Shown here: one piece after another, positions 45,101 through 54,233 of the stretch
How positions within the stretch are numbered: the first letter of the stretch is position 1
Layout: each line of letters starts with the position of its first letter
Assembly (NCBI GenBank): GCA_051313645.2
Contig: JBNRSN020000011.1
Location: 58,900,001 to 58,964,000 of the forward strand
Reading direction: 5' to 3'
DNA from: Centroscyllium fabricii
Taxonomy: Eukaryota
Length of the DNA stretch: 64,000 nt
Position numbers and translations under genes: made by a program
Notes under the pieces: model-generated
What the model saw: only the letters and a program-made list of their open reading frames with translations
The model's database searches: none
What the model was told of the DNA's origin: nothing

Positions 45101-46991
45101 CGCGGTGTGGGACTGTGAAGCTAGGGAGACTTGGTAGTTGGTGGGCAGGACCTGCAGTCCGCAGCGCCACACTGTATCAGGGTGAATAAAGCTCTCAGTG
45201 CTGCCTGTGTCGAAAAGGCAGTCGACAGTATGATCGTTAATGCTAATCGGTATTATTGAGTTAGACAGGGTATGGGGCCTGCCCTGGCTAACTCTGATTC
45301 TGGACGCCACAGCCCCTGCTGATCGGAGCTGTGCACAAGATGGCGCCGCCCCTGGCTCGCACATGGAGGGGCCCTGGATACAAGATGGCGTCGCCCCTGG
45401 CCCGCAGCTGGTGGGGCCCCGTATACAAGATGGCGCCGCCCCTGGCACGCACATGGAGGAGCCCTGGATACAAGATGGCGTCGCCCCTGGCCCGCAGCTG
45501 GTGGGGCCCCGTATACAAGATGGCGCCGCCCCTGGCTCGCACATGGAGGGGCTCTGGTTGCAAAATGGCATTTCTGAGGGGCCCTGTGAACGCGCTGGTG
45601 GCGCCCGTGATTCGCACGCAGCGAACCGCGGTGATCGTGTTGGCGGTGCCCGTGATTCGCACGCAGCGAACCGCGGTGGTCGGGTTGGCGGTGCCCGTGA
45701 TTCGCACGCAGCCGGCCACGTTGGGGGGTCGCGCTTGGCCGGCCTTTGCTGCATCAGGGTGGGGGATGGGAGCGCTTGTTGTTTACCCCCGTACCGTCGC
45801 TGGATCGCGCTGCTAATGCAGCTTACCTGGTCTCTGTCGGTGCTCTCACAGGCTGCACTGTTGTACCTTTTGTTAGACGCTGCTGGAGACGCTGCTGGAG
45901 ACGCTGCTGGAGCTGATTTGCAGACCTTAGCGTAGTGTCCCTTCTTTGCACATTTCTCGCAGGTCGCTGTCCTGGCTGGGCATTTCGCTCTAGGATGCAG
46001 TCCCTGGCCGCAGAAGTAACAGCGCTTTCTTTTAACGTCTTCAGTGGCTGTCGCGGCCATCGTGGGGGTCTCGGCCCGTGGCGCCCAGGTCTGGGCCTGT
46101 TGTGACGCGGCCCATATGTTACAGGCTTGCGGGTTAGTGCCGCTGTACGCCTGTAACTTTCTGCGGGCCCCCTCTACCGATTTGGCTAACGTGGTTGCCT
46201 CCTCGAGGGATAAATTGTCTCTCTCTAGTAGCCGCTGCCGGGCTTCCACACACCTCAGTCCTGTGACATAAGCGTCCCGAACGAGGAGTTCTTCCTCCTC
46301 TGCAATAGTTGTGCCTTTGCAACCACAGGCCCGTACCAGGGCCAGGAGCGCTTGCTCAAACTCCTCATTTGACTCACCCGATAGTTGAGGTCTGGTCGCC
46401 AGCACATGTCGGGCGTAGACCGAATGGACCGGGCGCATGTAGCATTTCTTTAAAATTTGTACAGTCCTTTCGTAGGTTGTGGCGTTCCTGACGAGGGTGA
46501 ATACTCTGCTGGAGATCCTAGATCGCAGGACATGTAGCATGTCCTTGTCTGTTGTAGCCTCGGCGGCTTCCATGTAGGCCTCCAGTAGGCCGAACCAGTG
46601 TTCGAAGGTAGCGGGAGCAGCAGGGTCCTGGGGACTGATGTCCAGCTTCTCAGGCTTAACGTTGCTGCTATCCATTTTAAAATAATTTAGTAATTAAAAT
46701 TGACGTAGCATCAAGGTCTTCAATTAAAAGAGTCGACGCGTAGTTACTGAAACTAAAGGCTTTTAATTACTAAAGAACGGAGCTACTCTCCAGATGAACT
46801 ACTGTACAGGAATGGATGGAGCCTCGGTCAGACCACACCTATATTGGGGCCTCACCTGGGGGAGGAGTCGGGGGTGTGGCTGACCTGGCTCCCAACAGAG
46901 TCACAGTAAACGGGGCTGTGCCTAACATCTGCACAGCCCATCATTAGCCATGGTGATACAGTGGTATAACAGATATAGAACGGTTACCACA
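42124..46991 (-). mobile_element. Gypsy element E, full-length
   Basis: 291-bp LTRs 42124-42414 and 46701-46991 (about 5 differences by eye), TSD CACCC, PPT. Confidence 0.97.
42416..46675 (-). CDS. Single-ORF Gag-Pol polyprotein (1419 aa) of element E
   Basis: Uninterrupted gag (2 Zn knuckles), protease LFDTGS, RT YLDN, RNase H, integrase HHCC/DDE. Carries probable inactivating substitutions such as TDQRS>TNQRS. Confidence 0.93.
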   Translation of the reverse strand: MDSSNVKPEKLDISPQDPAAPATFEHWFGLLEAYMEAAEATTDKDMLHVLRSRISSRVFTLVRNATTYERTVQILKKCYMRPVHSVYARHVLATRPQLSGESNEEFEQALLALVRACGCKGTTIAEEEELLVRDAYVTGLRCVEARQRLLERDNLSLEEATTLAKSVEGARRKLQAYSGTNPQACNIWAASQQAQTWAPRAETPTMAATATEDVKRKRCYFCGQGLHPRAKCPARTATCEKCAKKGHYAKVCKSAPAASPAASPAASNKRYNSAACESTDRDQVSCISSAIQRRYGGKQQALPSPTLMQQRPAKRDPPTWPAACESRAPPTRPPRFAACESRAPPTRSPRFAACESRAPPARSQGPSEMPFCNQSPSMCEPGAAPSCIRGPTSCGPGATPSCIQGSSMCVPGAAPSCIRGPTSCGPGATPSCIQGPSMCEPGAAPSCAQLRSAGAVASRIRVSQGRPHTLSNSIIPISINDHTVDCLFDTGSTESFIHPDTVWRCGLQVLPTNYQVSLASQSHTADATGYCSVTLTVQGRVYRNFKLYTLQQLCAPALLGLDFQCHFRSVTMEFGGTLPPVTVSSRDNLPPKRSPACGLSTLKIDPPSLFANLDPKCKPIATKSRRYSEGDRTFIRSEVGRMLKEGIIEASTSTWRAQVVVVKSGEKQRLVIDYSQTINRYTGLDTYHLPRISEMVNQIAQYKVFSTIDLKSAYHQLPIRKADRPYTAFEANGRLYHFLRVPFGVTNRVSVFQREMDRMVDQNDLQATFPYLDNVTICGHDQQDHDANLAKFLATAAKLDLTYNKDKCVFNTARLAILGYVVENGLLGPDPQRMRPLQELPLPHNPKALRRCLGFFSYYAQWVPQFADKARPLLKAAVFPLSVEAQTAFARIKEDIIKATMLAVDESIPFQVESDASDFALAATLNQAGRPVAFFSRTLQGPETRHSAVEKEAQAIVEAMRYWRHYLAGKRFTLLTNQRSVAFMFNNKQRGKIKNDKILRWRIELSTYEYDILYRPGKLNEPPDALSRGPCASAQLDRLKDLHVRLCHPGVTRLAHFVKSRSLPYSITEIKAMTRECPVCAECKPHFFRPDTTHLIKATRPFERLSVDFKGPLPSTDRNSYFLTVADEFSCFPFAFPCPDMTSATVIKHFTTLFAIFGLPSYIHSDRGSSFMSDELRQFLLQRGVATSRTTSYNPRGNGQVERENVIIWRAVTLALKSRGLPVSHWQAVLPDALHSIRSLLCTATNATPHDLIFSFNRRSTSVTALPPWLTTPGPVLLKRHVRSHKTDPLVDKVQLLHANPHYAFVQFPDGREDTVSIRDLAPAGITTTVPPAGQQFDQPPDAGWPPSFPDYEPDGGDQPSPPRPEATAPADADHLTQEAPPPTPERRRSSRQTRPPDRLIMNCSIHSPPPGLKVFKKG

Positions 46992-47767
46992 CACCCGCCT
47001 CCTCGGAGCTGATAAAATCCAGCCCTTTGGGTTTGTGCTGGCTCTTTGCTCGTGCAAGCCAAAATTACTCCCACTGCCCATCTATCCGATAATAATCAAA
47101 TATTTTTTCACTTTTCCCTTATGGGGGCTAATTTTACACATATAGCAGTAGAATAACTAATGCAGCCATGTGGAGCAACTCTCAAATTATTACCAAACAG
47201 GACTTCGTAAATATGGTTACATAGATGATGGTTGTTTTTGTGTTTGCCTCTTCTGGAGTTTCGGATCAGACTGGGCCTAACATCCCTGAAGAGTGTTACT
47301 TCGTAAAAGTGGTATGTGGTTTGGAAAGGGGATTGAATTAAGAGCAATGTATATTACTCGTCAAAGGTATAATATCCACATTCTTTAAATAAAGTTGTTC
47401 TCTTCAAAGTAGCTTTCTTACGTTCTTGTCCTCAGTACCGTGGCCTGGATTGAGAATGGACTTCAGTTGAGACTTTCTTAAAGACAGAATAAAGGGAAAG
47501 CAAGGTCCATTTAATCATTTGAAAGGCCTCTCCAGAGTTGCTAGAAGAGCTTTTTCCCAAGAAAAGTGGCCAGCATGGCAACCATGGTGTTAGTTTTACT
47601 TTCGAAAAATACATATAAACATATTGTGCCTGTGGCATTCAACCGTTACAGAAGACGACTACAGATCATACACAGGTGCAATACAGGGGGCAGAAAGGGG
47701 AAGTTGCAAAATGGATTGATGTGATAAAATCTTAAACGAACAAGAACCAATAAGTCCCCTTGAGACA

Positions 47768-48273
47768 TGATGTGGAGGTGTCGGTGTTGGACTGGGGTGG
47801 ACAGATGCAAGAAGTCACACAACACCAGGTTTTTGTCCAACAGTTTTATTAGAAATCACAAACTTTCAGAGTGTAGCTCCTTCCTCAGGTGTTTAAGAGA
47901 GATTCATTTAAACACAGCATATATACACCGATGCTGCGGCGATCTCCAGTAAGATTTTTTTTTTTTTAAATCATTCTGTGGGTTTTCACACAGACACCAG
48001 ACTGCAACATTTGACCCTTTGTAACTACACCTCATTGATCTCAGGCTGGTACCTGATTGATATGTTAAAATATGTTAAAACATCTTTTTTTGCTTTGTAT
48101 GTCTCTCTGCTGAGGTGTGATGTTGGAAAGATTACACTGCTCTCTCCCTCCTATATATGCTGTGTTTAAATGAATCTCTCTTAAACACCTGAGGAAGGAG
48201 CTACGCTCCAAAAGCTTGTGATTTCAAATAAAACTGTTGGACTATAACCTGGTGTTGTGTGACTTCTTGCATC
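47768..48273. mobile_element. Penelope-derived element with inverted ~120-bp arms
   Basis: Arms 47803-47925 and 48152-48274 are reverse complements. TSD TCCCCTTGAGACA at 47755-47767 and 48274-48286. Confidence 0.85.
47857..47891 (-). ncRNA. Minimal hammerhead ribozyme motif
   Basis: cac CUGAGGA a ggag-cuaca-cucu GAA aguu u gug: intact core boxes, stems I and II. Confidence 0.65.
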
Positions 48274-48593
48274 TCCCCTTGAGACACACTGACTATGGTG
48301 AATACCCATGGTATGCAAAGCTACATGGGCCAATTCAATAGTTTTATGAATAATAAATTGGTGACATTCAGACCAAAAGTGTGGGCTCCAGATGTGACTA
48401 TTCAAAGAATGGTGAATAACATACCGATGGTGAGCTATCTGCCTTTATCTGTTTAATATATGGTTTGGATTTAATTTGCAAAAATAAACTTTCATTGCAT
48501 ATTTCAGCAGGAGAAGGTCAACTACAGTGTTTATTTATTTTTATTCAATAGATTGAACATGTGAATTCAGCTGTCTAATATTAGTATGGAAGT

Positions 48594-49060
48594 ATAGTGG
48601 TTATGTCACTGGACTAATAATCCAGGGGCCTGAACTAATAATCTGGAGATGTGAGTTCAAACCCCACCATGGCAGCTGAGGAATTTAAATTCAGTTAATT
48701 AAATAAATCTGGAATTAAAATAAAAAGCTTGTATCAGTAATGGTGACCATGAAACTATTAGATTGTCGTAAAAACGAATTCACTGATGTCCTTTAGGGAA
48801 GGAAACCTACTACCCTTACCTGGTCTGGCCTATATGTGACTCCAGCCCCACAGCATTGTGGTTGACTCTTAACTGCCCTCTGAAATGGCCTAGCAAGCCA
48901 CTCAGTTGTACCAAACCACTACGACAAAGTCACTGAGGGAGTATCTTCATCACAGAAGACTGCAGTGGTTCAAGAAGATGGCTCACCACTACCTTCTCGA
49001 GGAGCAATTAGGGATGGGCAATAATTGCTGGCCTTGCCAGTGACATCCCACTAATGAATA
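48594..49060 (+). mobile_element. tRNA-derived SINE with LINE-like tail
   Basis: A/B-box-like TAGTGGTTA..ACTGGACT and GAGTTCAAACCCC; tail GGCTCACCAC.ACCTTCTC..GCAATTAGGGATGGGCAATAA.TGCTGGCCTTGCCAG. Confidence 0.75.
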
Positions 49061-49216
49061 CATTTTAAAAAGTAGAATGAACTAAAATAATATGCTTACT
49101 CTGAAAAATAATTTGCTTTAAAAAATATTCCTTGATATTTTTGTGTTGTAGCTTGGTAAAGTTTGATTAATACAGCTAAAAATGGGTTTGTCACATAAAT
49201 CAGCATTTTAAATCTA

Positions 49217-49510
49217 GGGGGCAATTTGGCCATCCCTGAGGAGGCAGGTTTGGAGGCGGGACTGCCGGAAAAATGGCAGAATATGGGGGCAGGTACCCAT
49301 CCTGCCTTCTTGCCATCTTCCCAGGAGGCGGGTAGCTGACCCGCGCCGGGTCCTGTCTCCTGGAGGCGGGAAGGGGATTACAGCCACTTAACTGCCTGTT
49401 AACAATCAAGGGATAATAGCGTGGGTTGGCCACAAGTCAATGGAGGCGGGACAATGACTCGACAAGCAGCAGTCCCACCTCCAACGCACCCCATTGGCAA
49501 AATCACCCCC
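49217..49510. mobile_element. ~294-bp Harbinger-type MITE
   Basis: Imperfect TIRs GGGGGCAATTTGGCCA / TGGCAAAATCACCCCC; absent from the paralogous site at ~24030. Confidence 0.72.
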
Positions 49511-51154
49511 ACAATGTCAGTTCACCACCTGTGAGTAATCTGATTTTAAATGACTGAAAATGACTTCAAAAAATATTCAAAACTATTTTTTGGTTAGATT
49601 GGGATACAGTAGTTCATTAGTAATTTTTTTTTTTTAATATTGAAAACCTTTCAAATTGTACCTATTAATGTCCTTGCGCCCAAAAGTTCCAGCTTAATTT
49701 TTGGAGCCTCTTCGAAGGCCTGCAAACAAACGCAGTTAGTGGAAACTCCCAATGGTGATTAATTCCCCATGGGGGAGTGGCCAGTATTGTGGGCGGGCCA
49801 ACTTCTAGAGTGATGTTTTGAAAACTAGCGCAAAAGATCGCAGAAACTTGATTTGCGGTAAACGCAATTTGCGCTTAAAATTCTGCGATCTTTGCACCGG
49901 TTACGTCAATATCAGGGAATTGTGTCAAAAACACAGCGCAATCGAGCGAAAACTCCAGGCCTTTATGCATATGTCTCAAACTCCTTTCTCTGCTATCTTA
50001 ATGGAGGTGTTTACACATTTATTTTAAAGGGGTTAGCCCCTCCACTAAAATTGCAGAGCGAGGCATTTCAGACGAAGACAATAATTGTTGATATGCTATT
50101 ATTGAATGGTGAAATTTCAAGGCCCAGGTTTTTTAAATAAAGTAATCAAATACCAGCACTGTTGTTTGCCTGCTGCTAATCTCCATGAATGCAAATCCAG
50201 AATTTGTTTTTCTGTTCTGTTTCATTGACCATATTAAATGCCTCAGCTGCTACATTTAGATAATTAGATATGACCAGTAGAAGTGGTGTTTCAAGATGTC
50301 ATGACAAAATATTTTACAGTTTGCTTGTAGATTTTTTCCTGTTTATACAGAATGGTTAACTTTTAAAGAAATCATGCATTTTTTTTAAGCTGCGAAATCA
50401 GACCACTTCTGCAAGTTATAGCATGTAATGATTATCCTTGCAAACGTAAGAGGATCCATGAATGAGTAAGACCTTCTGAAATGCAGCATATTTTCACATG
50501 TAGCTTTTCTTTACAAAGGGGTTGCTATCCAACCCTTTGCAGCACTGTGTCTTTGTGACTGGGTCTCAGATATTAGGTTTAGATACATCACCACTCTTTG
50601 CATTGTATAAAATACAAATCTTTTGTTTCAGATATCCTGACTATCAAGTTCTAATGCAGTCCTCCTTTAGGCAATTATATCATAAAACTTAGCCAGGCAC
50701 AACCTTAACATCATTTTCAACTGGACACCATCTAGTGGCAGTGACTCGAAGTAACCCATTACTTAAGTGGAATTACCCTGTTCCTGGCTGTATTTTTTCC
50801 ATTGGTACTTGGTAGCAAAGTTATTTTTGGGTGATATTAATTATACTTAGGCAACTAGAATTGGTAACTTGTATTTTGCATGGTTAAATAATTGTAAATG
50901 TTATACCTGTACACTGTTGCTTAAGTCAAAAAGCACAACTTGAACCAATAATTAAGGGTTGGAATGGAACATAATTGGCCGAGTAATGATTTTGCAACAC
51001 TCTTTTGAGCGTTGAACATATGTGCAATTAAATTATATTTGAAGTATGGTTTAATTCCTCCTTTTGGTGAGGGAATATTTTGTCATATATCAGCTGCACA
51101 TGTTTTATATAAAGACCTTTTTTATTTAGAGAAAAGATTGTAATTCATTAGCAA

Positions 51155-51288
51155 CGTCACTTCACCTGACAAAGGAGCAGCACTCCGAAATCTTGTGATT
51201 TCAAATAAAGCTTTTGGACTATAACCTGGTGTTGTGTGGCTTCTTACATTTGTCCACCCCAGTCCAACACCGGCACCTCCGCATCATG
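51155..51288 (+). mobile_element. 134-bp Penelope-derived insert with degenerate hammerhead
   Basis: Perfect 11-bp TSD TTCATTAGCAA (51144-51154 / 51289-51299); homologous to 47766-47891. Confidence 0.87.
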
Positions 51289-51615
51289 TTCATTAGCAAT
51301 GGCTATGATGCAATCAAAAAAGGAGTTTTGGAATCGGCAGGCAATATTTTTTTTATAAACCAACTTTAATAATAAAATATTGGCAAGTAGATATATAATT
51401 TAAAGAGTAAGTAACAAGATATTTTCTACATGGACTCAGTAGGGAAATGAAAAATTAGAATAATCTCACAATGTATTTGCTCAAATAATTTAAGAATGCA
51501 AAACTATAGAACACAAGTACAATAGTAAAATACTGCAGATGCTGGAAATCTAAAATAACAGAAAATGTTGGAAACACTCAGCAGGCCAGGCAGCATCTGA
51601 GGAGAGAGAAACAGA

Positions 51616-51650
51616 GCCAATGTTTCAGGTCTGGGACCCTTCATCAGAAC
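51616..51650 (-). ncRNA. Minimal hammerhead ribozyme motif in Penelope pLTR
   Basis: guu CUGAUGA agg-gucccaga-ccu GAA acau u ggc; a more degenerate second copy lies at 59560-59594. Confidence 0.7.
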
Positions 51651-51746
51651 TGGAAAAACAATGGACATGTAACAGATATTAAGCAGGTGCAGAGACGGCG
51701 GTGGGGGGTGGGGGGGGGGGGGGAGGAGGGGGAGGAAGGAATTGAA

Positions 51747-52152
51747 GGAACAGTGGCACAGTGGTTAGCACTGTTGTCTCACAGCACTGGAGACCCGGGT
51801 TCAAATCCAGCCTCGGGTACTATCTGTGTGGAGTTTGCACATTCTCCCCGTGTCTGCGTGGGTTTCCTCCGGGTGCTCCGGTTTCCTCCCACAGTCCAAA
51901 GATGTGCGGGTTAGGTTGATTGGCCATGAATAATTGACCCTTAGTGTTAGGGGGATTGAATATGTGGGGTTACGGGGATAGGGTGGGATATGTGTCGGTG
52001 CAGGCTCGATAGGGATCGAGGGATATGGGGAGAGGGCAGGGGCGGGGTGCTGGGTTTGGATGATCAGCCATGATCTCATTGAATGGTGGAGTAGGCTCAA
52101 AGGGCCGAATGGCCTACTCCTGCTCCTAGTTTCTATGTTTCTATGTTTCTAT
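51747..52152 (+). mobile_element. HE1-type V-SINE with HER1 LINE tail
   Basis: tRNA head, V domain GGAGTTTGCACATTCTCCCCGTGTCTGCGTGGGTTTCCTCCGGGTGCTCCGGTTTCCTCCCAC, HER1 tail and (TTTCTATG)n; absent from the other pLTR copy. Confidence 0.92.
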
Positions 52153-54233
52153 ACTGTGCTAAGTTATGAGGCAGGAAAGATAAAAAGTTGCCAATGGGGA
52201 TGGCAAAATCATACAGCATGAAAAATGGGAGCAGGGGTTATAGTTTGAAATTGTTGAACTCAATGTTGAGTCCAGAAGGCTGTAAAGTGCCTAATCGAAA
52301 GATGAGGTGCTGTTCCTGGAGCTTACATTGAGCTTCATTGGAACAGTGTAAGAGACTGAGGACAGAGAGATCAGAGTGGGAATGAAGCGGAGAATTAAAG
52401 TGACAGGCAACTGGAAGCTCAGGGTCACCCTTACGGACTGAACGGCGGTGTTCCGCAAATTGGTCGCCCAATCTGCGTTTGGTCTCCCCAATGTAGAGGA
52501 GACCGCATTGTGAGCAGCGAATACAGTATACTAAACTGCAAGAAGTACAAGCAAATTCACCTGGAAGAGATGTTTGGGTCCCTGGACAGTGGGAAGGGAG
52601 GAGGTAAAAGGGCAGGTGTTGAATCTCCTGCACTTGCACGGGACAGTGCTGGGCAAAGGGGAAGTGCTGTAAAGGGTGATTGAGGAGTGAACCAAGTGTC
52701 ACGGAGGGAGCGATCCCTTCGGAATGCTGAAAGTGGAGGTGCGGGGAAGATATGTTTGGTGGCGGAAATGTCGGAGGATGATACGTTGAATCTGGAGGCT
52801 GGTGGGGTGAAAGGGGAGGACAAGGGGAACCCTATCGTGGTTCCAGCAGGGACGGGAAGGGGTGAGAGCAGAATTGCGGGAAATGGAACAGACACGGTCA
52901 AGGGCCGTGTCAACCATAGTAATGGGGAATCCCCGGTTGAGGAAAAAGGAAGACATGTCGGAAGCACTGGTACGGAAGGTAACATTGTCAGAACAAACGC
53001 AGCAGAGATGGAGAAACTGGGAGAATGGAATAGAGTCCTTACAGGAGGCGGGGTGGGAGGAAGTGTAGTCTAGGTAGCTGTGGGAGTCAGTGGGCTTGTA
53101 GTGAATGTTGGTTGATAGCCGATCGGCAGAAATGGAGACAGAGAAGTCGAGGAAGGGAAGAGAAGAGTTGGAGATGGACCATGTGAAGGTGAGGGAAGGG
53201 TAGAAATTGGAAATAAAGCGAATGAACTTTTCTAGTTCTGGTCGAGAGCAGGAAATGGCCCAACAGTCATCGATGAACCGGAAAAAGAGGTGAGGGAGGG
53301 GACCCGAGTAGGACTGGAACAAAGAATGTTCCACATATGCCATGAAAAGGCAGGCATAGCCAGGGCCCATGCGGGTTCCCATAGCAACAACTTTAATTTG
53401 GAGGAAGTGAGTGGAGTCAAAGGAGAAGTTGTTCAATGTGAAAACAAGTTCAGCCAGGGTGGTGGCGAATGGGGACTGGTCGGGCCTCTGTTCAAGGAAG
53501 AAGCGGATGCCCTCAGGCCATCCTGGTGGGGGATGGAGGTGTAGTGGGATTGGACGTCCATAGTGAAAAGGAGACATTTGGGGCCTGGAAATGTTAAAGT
53601 GGCGGAGGGTGTCGGAAGATTCGTGAATGTAGGTGGGAAGAGACTGGACAGGGGGAGAAAAAATAGTGTTGAGATAGGAAGAGATAAGTTCAGTGGGGCA
53701 AGAACAGGCTGAAATGATGGGTCTACCAGGGCAGACCTGTTTGCGGATCTTGGGAAAGAGGTAGATCGGGCTGTGCGGGGTTGGGGACTATGAGGTTGGC
53801 GGTCATAGAGGGAAGATCTCCAGAGGAGATGAGGTCAGTGACAGTCTTGGAAACAACGGCTTGATGTTTGCTAGTCGGGTCATGGTCCAGGCGGAGGTAG
53901 GAGGAGGAGTCGGAGAGTTGGCATTCAGCTTCCGCTAGATAGAGGTCGGCTGCCAAACAACAACAGCACCACTCTTGTCAGCAGGTTGGATCGGAGAGAA
54001 CGCAGTATTGCAAGTTCAGAGGGAGGTAGGTTGGAGTGAGAGAGGGGAGCAGAGAAATTCAGACGGCCGATGTTCCGCCAGCAGTTAGCAATGAAAAGAT
54101 CTGGAGAGGGTAAGAGACCAAAGGGAGGAGTCCAGGTAGAACAAGAATTCTGAAAGCGTGTGTGGGGAAAACTTCTGGCCAAAGAAGTGGGCACGGAGAT
54201 GAAGGCGATGGAAAACGAGCTCAGCATCGTGCC

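Larger units (their letters stand above)
41319..47025. mobile_element. ~830-bp Harbinger-type MITE split by element E
   Basis: TIRs GGGCAGGATTTT (41319) / AAAATCCAGCCC (47014-47025) and CCCGCC subterminal motifs. Confidence 0.7.

Noticed and set aside
51747-51820. tRNA genes (also 21668, 48594, 18389, 4630)
   Set aside because: These are tRNA-derived SINE heads with SINE bodies or decayed boxes, not complete cloverleaves.
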